A stretch of 25,535 nucleotides of DNA from Elusimicrobiota bacterium (GCA_037137395.1 JBAXKK010000032.1:1-25535); one strand, 5' to 3'; shown: positions 1-8,768, counted from the first letter of the stretch. Notes: generated by a model not told the origin, from the letters alone. Translations and numbers: made by a program.

Positions 1-2
1 CA

Positions 3-1199
3 ACGACTAATGCGATTACCGGCGGCACAGGCAACACGGTCACGGCGACCACCGGTAATAACGCTATCACTGCCACTGCGTCTGATAACGTGATAACCGC
101 CCAAGTAAACAACAATATCACGGCGACCACCGGTGATAACTCGATCATTTCCTCAGCGGCTAATAATATTCTTACCGCGCATGTGAATAATACGATTACA
201 GCGACCGGCGGTAGTAACGCCATAACCGCGACCGCGGGCAGCAATAGCATGACCGCTAACGCGGCCAGCCAGTCAAATACTATCTCCGCCACCGGCGTGA
301 GCGGCGTAAACTATCTGACGGCCAATGCCACCAACGGCGCGAATAATATAGAGGCGAAGACCAATAATATAGGCTTCGCAACCTCCGGCTCTATCAATAA
401 TATCGGTAACACCAACACTTCAGTCAATACTATGCGGGGCGCGAGCACCACGATAATCAGTTATAACGGCGGCGTTCTCCCGAACAACAGCATTGTGGTG
501 AGAGAGACCCAGAACACCGTAGTCGGGCTCAATTCTTTTGATTTCGGCACGCAGGTCAACGGCGGCATGTATATTGACGGTTCCCTGGGCGTGAACGGAA
601 ATATCTACAGCCTGAACCCGACGGCTAACGCCACGATCAATGTCGCTAATAACGGGATGGTGATCGAGGGCGCCACCAACGCTGTTTCCCTGGTGTCCGA
701 TACCGACGCGGTTTTAAGCAATGCACGCACGGAACTTGATCTGCAGCCCGCGTCAGCCACTCTTCTGGTAAACACGGACAGCGGCGTATCGCATGGCGTG
801 GCTATCAATCAAACCCAGACAAGGCTTTCCGGCGGAACCCATTCCACCTCGATGACTCTTGACGACAGCGGTGCGACATTCAGAAATGACGCGACTGGCG
901 GCGCCGCGCGCGTGACCGGCGTGGCTGATGGTTACAGCGATTTTGACGCGGTTAACTTCCGGCAGTTGAGGACGGCTTATTCCGGCATCGCTTCCGCCGC
1001 GGCTTTAGCGGCAATTCCGAACCCCACCCCCGGCAAAAACTTTACCATGGGCGTCGGCTACGGCAACTTCCAAAAGCAGGACGCGGTTGCCGTGGGCATA
1101 AAGGCGATTCTACCGGACAAGAATATATCCTTTACCGGCGGCATGGGCTGGGTTGACACCACTTACACGACCTCAGTCGGCTTTGGCTATAGCTTTTAA
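3..1199 (+). CDS. Trimeric autotransporter adhesin (YadA-like), 5'-partial
   Basis: The frame is open from position 3 (TTNAITGGTGN...), so the start lies upstream of the window. The passenger is N/T/A-rich and repetitive. It has a neck motif VTGVADG...DAVNFRQL, then a YadA-type anchor (GIASAAALAAIP...GVGYGNF...AVAVG...) ending in a terminal Phe (VGFGYSF). Confidence 0.88.
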   Translation, partial: TTNAITGGTGNTVTATTGNNAITATASDNVITAQVNNNITATTGDNSIISSAANNILTAHVNNTITATGGSNAITATAGSNSMTANAASQSNTISATGVSGVNYLTANATNGANNIEAKTNNIGFATSGSINNIGNTNTSVNTMRGASTTIISYNGGVLPNNSIVVRETQNTVVGLNSFDFGTQVNGGMYIDGSLGVNGNIYSLNPTANATINVANNGMVIEGATNAVSLVSDTDAVLSNARTELDLQPASATLLVNTDSGVSHGVAINQTQTRLSGGTHSTSMTLDDSGATFRNDATGGAARVTGVADGYSDFDAVNFRQLRTAYSGIASAAALAAIPNPTPGKNFTMGVGYGNFQKQDAVAVGIKAILPDKNISFTGGMGWVDTTYTTSVGFGYSF

Positions 1200-1246
1200 T
1201 ATCGCTGGCAACCGGGTTGCTGAAAATTAAGGCGGGAGCATTTAAA

Positions 1247-2602
1247 ATGAAAAAAATAATGATAGCGCTTATAGTTCTTTCCGCGTGCCGGGCTTCGGCG
1301 TTCGCGGGAGAGATGAAGATTGAGGCCGGCGCGGGCGTGGGTTCCGCGATAGCCAAGGGCGACTGGAAAGATTTTGCCGGCGGCGGCATCGGATTTGACC
1401 TCAGTTACGAGGGGTACAAAATAGACGACATGTTTACGGTGGGAGTCGGCCTATTCCACACGCGCGCCGAAGCGCAGAGCATCCCCGGGTTTGATTATTC
1501 GGCTATCAGTTACTCTACGCTGGGCCTGACCCCGTATTTAAAAGCCGAAAAGCAAATAGGCGCGCAGACCGTATACGGCATTTTAGGATTGGGCATCTAT
1601 AACGCGCGCAACACTTCCGGCGACGTGAAATCCGGCGGCGCCGTGGTAAGCACGGTGGACTCCGCCAGCGCTTACTACCCCGGCCTTAATCTGGGCGGCG
1701 GAATTATGTATCCGCTGAACGATAATATGAAGATCGGCGGCGAACTGAAGTATCACCTTGTATTCGCTTCGGGCGTTAATCCCAGATATCTGGTCCCGGC
1801 GATAAAATTTACCTACAGCTTCGGCGCGGCCCCGGCTGGTAAAGAACCGCCGGCCGCGGCGACGGTTCTCCCGGCGGACTCCGTAAAGTGCCCCGGCACT
1901 TCGCTGGGCGGAGCGGTTCTGACTGGCGGCTGCGCCCCGGATACCGACGCTGACGGCGTGGCTGATTCTTTGGATAAATGTCCGCGCACTCCCACGGGGA
2001 CAGCAGTTGACGCGATTGGCTGCCCTATGGACGCTGACGCTGACGGCGTGGCTGATTCTTTGGATAAGTGCCCCGGCACGCCCATGGCAATAGCCGTGGA
2101 TACCGAGGGTTGCCCGGCCGGCTCTACGGTGGAGGTACAGGCGCTGGACAGGCTGCTGCTGGTGGCGGCTCCGGGTTCGGTGACGCCGGCTGTGGTGGCA
2201 GCTGTGCGCGGCGCGGCGGGCGACCCGGCCTGCCCCTGGGAACAGGCGGACAAATTGTGCATGAAGTTAGCTATGGAATTTGATTATGACAAAGCCGAAA
2301 TTAAAGGTGATTTTGCCGCGCAGCTGACGGAGATTTCGGTTTTTATGAAAGCCAACCCCACCGCGCGCATAGAGCTGCAGGGCTACACCGACGACCAAGG
2401 CGATGAAGATTATAATTTAAAGCTTTCCGAGGCTCGGGCCAATGCCGTAATAAAGCATCTGGTGGAGATCGATGGCGCGGATGCGAGCCGCTTGTCGGCG
2501 AAGGGAATGGGTAAGGCCCAGCCAGTCGCCCCTAATACAGCCGATGACGGCCGCCAGGCAAACCGCCGGGTGATAGCTATCCTGTCTATGGGGAATCCGT
2601 AA
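1247..2602 (+). CDS. OmpA-family outer-membrane protein (N-terminal beta-barrel, TSP3-like Ca-binding repeats, OmpA_C peptidoglycan-binding domain)
   Basis: ATG at 1247 follows GGAG, and there is a signal peptide MKKIMIALIVL...SAFA. The beta-barrel ends KFTYSF. Two DxDxDGVADSLDKCP repeats follow, then the C-terminal motifs FDYDKA...GYTD..G...YNLKLSEARANAV...NRRV. Confidence 0.92.
   Translation: MKKIMIALIVLSACRASAFAGEMKIEAGAGVGSAIAKGDWKDFAGGGIGFDLSYEGYKIDDMFTVGVGLFHTRAEAQSIPGFDYSAISYSTLGLTPYLKAEKQIGAQTVYGILGLGIYNARNTSGDVKSGGAVVSTVDSASAYYPGLNLGGGIMYPLNDNMKIGGELKYHLVFASGVNPRYLVPAIKFTYSFGAAPAGKEPPAAATVLPADSVKCPGTSLGGAVLTGGCAPDTDADGVADSLDKCPRTPTGTAVDAIGCPMDADADGVADSLDKCPGTPMAIAVDTEGCPAGSTVEVQALDRLLLVAAPGSVTPAVVAAVRGAAGDPACPWEQADKLCMKLAMEFDYDKAEIKGDFAAQLTEISVFMKANPTARIELQGYTDDQGDEDYNLKLSEARANAVIKHLVEIDGADASRLSAKGMGKAQPVAPNTADDGRQANRRVIAILSMGNP
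1946..2070 (+). repeat. Intragenic 90-bp-period repeat encoding DADGVADSLDKC
   Basis: GACGCTGACGGCGTGGCTGATTCTTTGGATAA occurs at 1946 and at 2036. Confidence 0.85.
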
Positions 2603-2621
2603 CCGGGAAGATTTAGTGGGT

Positions 2622-2695
2622 TCGTCTCACCGGCGGAAGCCGGTGCCCAGATCACTACGAACCCTGGATTCCGGCTTGCGCCGGAAAGACGGATT
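2622..2695 (+). repeat. Palindromic REP/dRS3-like unit (copy 1)
   Basis: Two hairpins, CACCGGC-GGAA-GCCGGTG and TTCCGGC-TTGC-GCCGGAA, joined by CCAG...CTGG. It matches the reverse complement of 8519-8592. Confidence 0.8.
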
Positions 2696-2700
2696 AAAAG

Positions 2701-2730
2701 GAGCCGGCCCAAAAGCCCGGCTCTTTTTGT
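2701..2730 (+). terminator. Intrinsic terminator downstream of the OmpA gene
   Basis: Stem GAGCCGG/CCGGCTC followed by TTTTTGTTT and preceded by an A-run. Confidence 0.7.
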
Positions 2731-2754
2731 TTATCGGGGAAGCTGATGACTAAA

Positions 2755-2935
2755 AGAGTTCGCAGGGTGGCGGGGGACTGGAACGCAAAAACAGGGTGGA
2801 CTTTGCCGCAGTTTGCTTGGCTATCGGACACTGCATGCGTCGTCCACACCGTGCCCGCCCTTCCGGATCGGGCCCAGTGTCGCAAGGCTCCACCCGCTCG
2901 GCGCGCTTATGCAAGCGCCGGGAATTCCGGGGACA
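2755..2935. repeat. Diverged relative of the 146-bp structured element
   Basis: It shares the ordered blocks GTTCGCAGGG, CTGGAACGCAAAA, CCACACCGTGCCCGC and TATGCAAG...TTCCGG with 8251-8396. Confidence 0.7.
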
Positions 2936-3015
2936 GTATATTTAACTCCAAAAACTACCAGCCTAAACTGGTGTGAATTAAATATACTGTCCCCGGAACT
3001 ACCTTACAGAAATCG

Positions 3016-3021
3016 TAGAAT
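3016..3021 (+). promoter_or_regulatory. Candidate sigma70 -10 box for tex
   Basis: TAGAAT lies about 55 bp upstream of the SD-preceded ATG. No clear -35 was found. Confidence 0.3.
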
Positions 3022-3074
3022 ACTGTATGGAGTCGGAATTACCCCAGGTTAAATCGGTTTCCGGAGGCCGGTAT

Positions 3075-5384
3075 ATGAGTGAAGTTTATGTTTTAAGAGT
3101 AGCCAAAGAACTTTCGCTTAGCGAGTCGGGGGTGCGGGCCGCGGCGGCGCTATTCGCCCAGGACGCCACTATCCCTTTTGTCGCCAGATACCGCAAGGAA
3201 GCCACCGGTAATCTCGACGAGGTGCAGCTTGCCGCCATCCGCGACCGCCTCTCACAGCTAAAGGAGCTGGATGAGCGCCGCGCGGCTATACTTAAATCTC
3301 TGACCGAGCGAAACCTTTTGACGGACGAGTTAAAGAAAAAGATTGAGGGGGCCGTCACGCTCTCAAAACTTGAAGACATATACCTGCCTTACCGCCCTAA
3401 AAAACGCACCCGCGCCACTATCGCCAAAGAAAAAGGGCTGGAGCCGCTCGCGGACGCCGTCTTCGCGCAGGGGCCGCAAGATCCTTTTGTTCTTGCCGCC
3501 GCTTACATAAGCGCGGAGAATGGCGTTAAGGACGGAGAGGAGGCTCTGGCCGGCGCGCGGGATATAATAGCTGAGCGCGTCAGCGAGGACGAGATCGCCC
3601 GGGCGCGGATGCGCGAAGTTTTCTTTTCCAAAAGCATATACCATTCAAAGGTGATGACGGGCAAAGAGGCCGAAGGCATAAAGTTTAAGGATTATTTTGA
3701 TTGGAAAGAGCCGGCCCTGAAAGCTCCTTCCCACCGCGTGTTGGCGATGCGGCGCGGAGAGAAGGAGGGGTTTCTGATGATGCGGGTTGAGGCGCCGGAA
3801 GAAGAGGCGCTGCCTCTGCTGCTGCCGCTGTTTGTTAAAGGCGGAAACGCGTGTTCCGCCCAGGTGAAGGCGGCCGCTGAAGACGGTTACCGTCGCCTCA
3901 TGTCCCTGTCCATGGAAACCGAGGTGAGGCTTGAGACCAAGAAGCGGGCGGAGAAGGAGGCTATCGCCGTTTTCGCCCGCAATCTGCGCGAGATACTGAT
4001 GGCTTCGCCGCTGGGGCATAAAAATATACTGGGCGTGGATCCGGGGTTCAGGACCGGCTGCAAACTGGTAGTTCTGGACAGGCAGGGCATGCTGCTTTCT
4101 AATGATGTTATCTACCCCACCCAGGGAGATAACAGGGAGGCCGAGGCCGCGTTCAAAATTAAGAAGCTTTGCGCGCAGTATAAGACCGAGGTTGTCGCCA
4201 TAGGCAACGGCACCGCCGGGCGCGAGACCGAAGAGTTTGTGAAAGGCCTGAAGCTTGAGGGCGTGATGATAGTGATGGTGAACGAGTCCGGCGCTTCGGT
4301 ATATTCCGCTTCACCGGTGGCCAGAGAGGAATTTCCAGACGCGGATATCACCGTGCGCGGCGCTGTTTCCATAGGCCGCCGGCTGATGGACCCTTTGGCG
4401 GAGCTGGTGAAGATAGACCCCAAGGCCATAGGTGTCGGGCAGTACCAGCACGATGTGGATCAGCCTGAGCTGAAAAAAAGCCTGGATGATACGGTGATAA
4501 GCTGCGTTAACAGCGTGGGCGTGGAATTAAACACCGCCAGCAAAGAGCTGCTCGCCTATGTGTCGGGCCTTGGTCCGACTCTGGCTAAAAATATCGTGGA
4601 GCACCGGAACGCCAACGGCGCTTTTGAATCCCGGGCCGCTTTAAAAAAAGTCGCCAGGCTCGGCCCTAAAGCTTTTGAGCAATCGGCCGGTTTCCTGCGG
4701 ATACGCGGCGGGAAAAACCCGCTGGATTCAAGCGCGGTCCACCCGGAGCGCTACGAGATAGTTAAAAAAATGGCGGAAGATCTGGGCTGCTCGGTGAGCG
4801 AGCTCATGTCCGACGCGGCTTTGAGGGCGAAGATAGACATCCCCAGATATATTTCCGGAGACGCCGGCGAGCCCACGCTCAGGGATATCGTGGCTGAGCT
4901 GGCCAAGCCCGGGCGCGATCCGCGCGAGAAATTTGAAGCTTTCAGCTTCGGAGACGTGCAGAAAATCGAGGACGTGCTGCCCGGGATGAAACTGCCCGGC
5001 ATCGTGACAAATGTCGCGGCTTTTGGCGCGTTTGTCGACATAGGCGTGCACCAGGACGGCCTGGTCCATATCAGCGAACTTTCGGATAATTATGTGAGGG
5101 AAGCCTCCAGCGTGGTGAAGGTCCGCCAGCAGGTTAAGGTGACGGTGCTGGAGGTGGACGCCCAGCGCAAGCGCATAGCGCTTTCTATGAAGACCAATCC
5201 CGTGATCGGCGCCAGGGAAGACAGACAGGCGGCTAAACTGGCGCAGGCGCAGGTAAAGGCTCAGCCACGCGACAATCAGCCGCCCCGGCGGGATAACCAG
5301 CCTTCAAGGCAAAAGCCGGAGGACAGGCCGGTCTCGGCCATGGCTGAGGCACTTAAAGCTATGATGGATAAAAGAAAACTATAG
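3075..5384 (+). CDS. tex: Tex-family RNA-binding transcriptional accessory protein
   Basis: Motifs TIPFVARYRKEATG, LEDIYLPY, YqgF-like GVDPGFRTGCK, IGVGQYQHDV, HhH, and a C-terminal S1 domain (FGAFVDIGVHQDGLVHIS). Start moved to ATG 3075 because GGAGG sits at 3063-3067. Confidence 0.95.
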   Translation: MSEVYVLRVAKELSLSESGVRAAAALFAQDATIPFVARYRKEATGNLDEVQLAAIRDRLSQLKELDERRAAILKSLTERNLLTDELKKKIEGAVTLSKLEDIYLPYRPKKRTRATIAKEKGLEPLADAVFAQGPQDPFVLAAAYISAENGVKDGEEALAGARDIIAERVSEDEIARARMREVFFSKSIYHSKVMTGKEAEGIKFKDYFDWKEPALKAPSHRVLAMRRGEKEGFLMMRVEAPEEEALPLLLPLFVKGGNACSAQVKAAAEDGYRRLMSLSMETEVRLETKKRAEKEAIAVFARNLREILMASPLGHKNILGVDPGFRTGCKLVVLDRQGMLLSNDVIYPTQGDNREAEAAFKIKKLCAQYKTEVVAIGNGTAGRETEEFVKGLKLEGVMIVMVNESGASVYSASPVAREEFPDADITVRGAVSIGRRLMDPLAELVKIDPKAIGVGQYQHDVDQPELKKSLDDTVISCVNSVGVELNTASKELLAYVSGLGPTLAKNIVEHRNANGAFESRAALKKVARLGPKAFEQSAGFLRIRGGKNPLDSSAVHPERYEIVKKMAEDLGCSVSELMSDAALRAKIDIPRYISGDAGEPTLRDIVAELAKPGRDPREKFEAFSFGDVQKIEDVLPGMKLPGIVTNVAAFGAFVDIGVHQDGLVHISELSDNYVREASSVVKVRQQVKVTVLEVDAQRKRIALSMKTNPVIGAREDRQAAKLAQAQVKAQPRDNQPPRRDNQPSRQKPEDRPVSAMAEALKAMMDKRKL

Positions 5385-5397
5385 CCGCGCGGCGGGG

Positions 5398-6918
5398 TCA
5401 GGTCGCTTCATGGAAGGTTGTGTCGCCTACCACTTCGCAGCGGATGGTGTTGGTGGGGCGGAGCTTGCCGAAAGGGCTTGAGGCCATAAAGATCAGTTTC
5501 TCTCCGTTTTCGATTGCTCCCTTTTTCAGCAGCATAGCTATGATTCTCCCAGCCACGTCGCTGAAGCGGAGATTTTCAGGGTTCTCTATGAGGAACGGCA
5601 CCACCCCCCAGTTCAGGGCGAGCTGATGATAGAGCGTTTCGTGATGGGTGAAGGCGTATATCGGCACTCCGGGGCGGAACTTTGAAAGGGCTCTCGCGCC
5701 GATGCCGCTGGCCGTCACTACCGCAATAGCTTTAGCGTTCCAGTCGTGCGCCGTGTTTACCACGCTGTACGCCATGATATTTGTGATCTCATCGCGGTTG
5801 ACATAGTCGTGCGTGATGCGCGCCAGGGTGTGATAATCTATGCTGGATTCGGTGCGGTCTATGATGCGCCCCATCATGTTTACCACGCGTTTCGGGTGGG
5901 CTCCCTTTGCGGTTTCCCCGGAAAGCATTACGGATGAGGTCAGCTCAAGCACGGCGTTGGCTATATCGGTGACCTCAGCCCGGGTGGGGTAGGTCATTTC
6001 CGTCATGGATTCCAGCATCTGCGTGGCAACTATCACCGGCTTGCCGGCCAGGTAGCAGCGGTTGATAATGGTCTTCTGCAGATTGGGCAGTTCCTCTATG
6101 GGCAGCTCGATGCCCAAATCTCCACGCGCCACCATAACGCCGTTTGAATCGCGTATGATGTCGTCAAGGTTGGCCAGGGCCTGCCTGTCCTCTATTTTCG
6201 CTATCAGCTTTATCTGGGAATCGGGGTTTACGCCGCGTATGATATCGCGCACTTCGGCGATGTCTTTGGCGGTGCGCACAAAGGACAGCGCTATGTATTC
6301 AAAGCCGGTTTCCACGGCGAAGGCGATATCCTTTTTGTCTTTTTCGGACATGAACGGGATGGGGTATTGCACGCCGGGGATAGCCAGATGGGCGCTGTCT
6401 TTCAGCTTCCCGTCGTTAAGTACGCGCAGGCTGACGGCTCCGGGCCATTCGGCGTGCAATTGTGAGACTTCCAACTCTATAAAGCCGTCCTGCAGTAGTA
6501 CGCGGGTGCCTATCCGGCAAAGCTTGTCTATTCGCGGCAGGTTGGTGTAGAAATGCCGCTTCTCAGGCGGGAGGTCGGTGATCTCCGCAGGCTGGCGCTC
6601 GGTGCTCTCTATATAAAGCGTGTCGCCCTTTGACAGGGTCACGGGCTTGCTGTAGCCGAACATGCGCACTTCCGGGCCTTTGGTATCCAGCATAATGGCC
6701 AGAGGCACATCCAACTCTTTGCGCACCGCGCGCAGTATCCGCACCCGGTTGAGGGCTTCCTCATGCTTGCAATGGGAAAAGTTTATGCGCGCGACATTCA
6801 TGCCCTCTTTTATCAGGTCGCGGATGCAGCTTTCGCTTTCAGACGCCGGGCCTATGGTGCAGATTATCTTGGTCCTGCGCACCGTGGAAAGATTATCGGT
6901 GAAAGTGTTGGACATCAT
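5398..6918 (-). CDS. pyk: Pyruvate kinase
   Basis: Motifs RRTKIICTIGPAS, GMNVARINFSH, MLDTKGPEVR, IAKIE, MVARGDLG, VATQMLESM and MLSGETA. GGAGG lies upstream. Confidence 0.97.
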   Translation of the reverse strand: MMSNTFTDNLSTVRRTKIICTIGPASESESCIRDLIKEGMNVARINFSHCKHEEALNRVRILRAVRKELDVPLAIMLDTKGPEVRMFGYSKPVTLSKGDTLYIESTERQPAEITDLPPEKRHFYTNLPRIDKLCRIGTRVLLQDGFIELEVSQLHAEWPGAVSLRVLNDGKLKDSAHLAIPGVQYPIPFMSEKDKKDIAFAVETGFEYIALSFVRTAKDIAEVRDIIRGVNPDSQIKLIAKIEDRQALANLDDIIRDSNGVMVARGDLGIELPIEELPNLQKTIINRCYLAGKPVIVATQMLESMTEMTYPTRAEVTDIANAVLELTSSVMLSGETAKGAHPKRVVNMMGRIIDRTESSIDYHTLARITHDYVNRDEITNIMAYSVVNTAHDWNAKAIAVVTASGIGARALSKFRPGVPIYAFTHHETLYHQLALNWGVVPFLIENPENLRFSDVAGRIIAMLLKKGAIENGEKLIFMASSPFGKLRPTNTIRCEVVGDTTFHEAT

Positions 6919-6989
6919 GCTGCCGCCCTCCGGGTTGACTGACTGTGCGCGGAAAATCTTCCCGCGCGAGACTTCATTTTCATATACAT

Positions 6990-6995
6990 ATTATA
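6990..6995 (-). promoter_or_regulatory. Candidate -10 box (TATAAT) for pyk
   Basis: ATTATA on + reads TATAAT on -, in an AT-rich patch about 70 bp upstream of the pyk start. No good -35 was found. Confidence 0.35.
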
Positions 6996-7025
6996 GTAAA
7001 TAGGCGGTCCGGAGTCGGGAAGCGG

Positions 7026-7175
7026 AAAGCGTAAATAGTAAGCAATCTTTACTCTGCATATGGCTTATGGCTTAAAGCTTATGGCAATCGTTAGCGTAAA
7101 GCGTAAATAGTAAGCAATCTTTACTCTGCATATGGCCTATGGCTTAAAGCCTATGGCAATCGTTAGCTTAAAGCG
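7026..7175. repeat. Tandem duplication of a 72-bp unit built on GCYTAWR heptamers
   Basis: AAAGCGTAAATAGTAAGCAATCTTTACTCTGCATATGG... starts at 7026 and 7098, with a third partial start at 7170. Its reverse complement matches about 25392-25461. Confidence 0.92.
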
Positions 7176-7182
7176 GAAAACT

Positions 7183-8208
7183 TTATTTTCCGGCTAACTG
7201 GCCGCAGGCGCCGGCTATATCCGAGCCGAGGCTTTTGCGGACGGTGGCGGAGGTGTTGAGGGTAAGCAGCAGATTTGAGAAAGCCTCGACGCGCTCTTTT
7301 GTGGGAGCTTTGTATTCGCGATCGGTCTGATTATAGGGGATGATGTTGACGGTGAAATATTTAGGCGCGGCCACGCTTTTCAGCCAGTCGGTGAGACGCC
7401 TGGCGCATGACTGCGAGTCGTTTATCCCGCCAAGCATCACGTATTCTATGAAAACTTTGCGCTTGGTGGTGTAGATGTAATCCTTCAGCGCTTTTGAGAT
7501 CTGGTCAAGCGGGTATTTGTCGTTCAGCGGCACCAGCGTGGACCGCAATTCGTTATCTACCGCGTGCAGCGAGACGGCCAGGTTTACCTGCGGGAAATCT
7601 TTGGCGAAGCGGCGTATGCCGGGCACGTGGCCGACCGTGGAGACCGAGATGTGTCTGTCGCCCAGGCCGATGAGGCCGGGATCGGTCAGCACTTTAAGGC
7701 TTTCGGCTACGGCTTCGTAATTCAGGAACGGTTCACCCATGCCCATGTACACCACGCCGCCTATCTTTTCGCCGGGGCGGTTTTTTTTCAGGTAGTTGGC
7801 CCAGAAGATGTACTGCGAAACTATCTCGTCGGGCGAGAGATTGCGCTTGAGGCCCCTGCGGCCGGTGGCGCAGAAAACGCACTGCACCGGGCAGCCAACC
7901 TGGGTGGACACGCAGATGCTCCATTTGCCGGGGAAAAGGTTAAGGAGGACTGACTCTATCTTTTGCTTATCCTTCAGCCAGAAGGAGCCTTTTACGGCGT
8001 CTCCGGCGCGGGATTCCAGTATTGTCTCGGGCTCTATGGCGAGTATGCGGAATTTTTCTTTTATCGCGTTTCTGAGCGGCTCAGGCAGGGCTGTTATTTC
8101 GTCAAAGGTCGCCGCGCCTTTTTTATAGACGGCGTCGGTGATTTGTTTGAGGCGGAATTTAGGCTGGCCGGCTTCTTCAAGCCAAAGCGATATTTTTTTT
8201 AAGTCCAT
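7183..8208 (-). CDS. rlmN: 23S rRNA/tRNA m2A methyltransferase RlmN (radical SAM)
   Basis: Motifs CVSTQVGCPVQCVFCATG (CxxxCxxC), MGMGEP, LAVSLHA and DIAGACGQL. The true start is taken as ATG 8208 (MDLKK), because the ORF-track extension runs through a repeat. Confidence 0.93.
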   Translation of the reverse strand: MDLKKISLWLEEAGQPKFRLKQITDAVYKKGAATFDEITALPEPLRNAIKEKFRILAIEPETILESRAGDAVKGSFWLKDKQKIESVLLNLFPGKWSICVSTQVGCPVQCVFCATGRRGLKRNLSPDEIVSQYIFWANYLKKNRPGEKIGGVVYMGMGEPFLNYEAVAESLKVLTDPGLIGLGDRHISVSTVGHVPGIRRFAKDFPQVNLAVSLHAVDNELRSTLVPLNDKYPLDQISKALKDYIYTTKRKVFIEYVMLGGINDSQSCARRLTDWLKSVAAPKYFTVNIIPYNQTDREYKAPTKERVEAFSNLLLTLNTSATVRKSLGSDIAGACGQLAGK

Positions 8209-8250
8209 AACGGATATATAGTTCTTCTTTAGGTTGGGTAAAAGTTTATT

Positions 8251-8396
8251 GGGTTCGCAGGGCCTGCCGGTGGCCTGGAACGCAAAACCGTAGTCGGCCA
8301 CACCGTGCCCGCTACTCCCGTCCTCAGCCTCGCCGCTATGCAAGTCTCGGCTTCCGGAGGGTTTTGCTAACCCAGATCCCCCGTCACCCGCTCCAA
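8251..8396 (-). repeat. 146-bp structured dispersed element, copy 1 (candidate ncRNA, leader or MITE)
   Basis: It differs from 13887-14032 at 6 positions over 146 bp. Nested inverted arms CTGG/CCAG and GCAAAACC/GGTTTTGC plus an internal hairpin. Confidence 0.9.
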
Positions 8397-8491
8397 AGCA
8401 TTTACTATTGAATCCTGTGGGAAATCTGTAAGACCCACATAGAGTATATAAATTTTAGACCCGCCGCGCTTTTGGCCGGAGAAGTCCCGTT

Positions 8492-8592
8492 GGTTCGTCT
8501 CACCGGCGCGTCTTTCCCAATCCGTCTTTCCGGCGAAAGCCGGAATCCAGGTATTCTTGATGCTGGACCCCGGCTTTCGCCGGGGAGACGAC
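8492..8592 (-). repeat. Palindromic REP/dRS3-like unit (copy 2) preceded by a 17-bp half copy
   Basis: 8519-8592 is an inverted match to 2622-2695. 8492-8508 (GGTTCGTCTCACCGGCG) is identical to 2619-2635. Confidence 0.8.
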
Positions 8593-8619
8593 ACGTGAAC
8601 CTCCGGGGCCCGGTACCGA

Positions 8620-8705
8620 CTATGGCATAAGTTTTAAGCCATAGGCAGAATACAGGCTGCTTACTATTCACGATTTACGATTGACGATTCACGCTTCCCG
8701 CTTTG
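8620..8705. repeat. Degenerate copy of the heptamer/GCAGA element
   Basis: TATGGCATAAGTTTTAAGCCATAGGCAGAATA...GCTTACTATTC-ACGATTT-ACGATTG-ACGATTC-ACGCTTC-CCGCTTT is colinear with 25345-25465. Confidence 0.75.
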
Positions 8706-8768
8706 TGATTCCAGGGACAGGCCAAATCGTGATACGCGCTTTTGGCCGGATTTTTAGGCCGGTGTCGG

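Noticed and set aside
5268..5303. RDNQP duplication in the Tex tail
   Set aside because: A short repeat in a low-complexity linker, which is ordinary.
7026..7175. CRISPR array (also considered for 25345-25535)
   Set aside because: The units are whole tandem duplications with no unique spacers, and there are no cas genes.
8275..8295. c-di-GMP-I riboswitch resemblance (GGAACGCAAAACC)
   Set aside because: It lacks the upstream GYAAA/GNRA-capped stem and the tetraloop receptor, and the match is on the strand opposite the downstream genes.
8209..8343. 45-aa N-terminal extension of RlmN in the ORF track
   Set aside because: It is translated largely from the 146-bp repeat. RlmN similarity begins at about MDLKK (8208).
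8367..8671. Small ORFs 8367..8594 (WIPAFAGKT) and 8405..8671; likewise 2694..2885, 2746..2976 and 2813..3052
   Set aside because: These are read-throughs of GC-rich palindromic repeats, with no RBS or recognisable domain.
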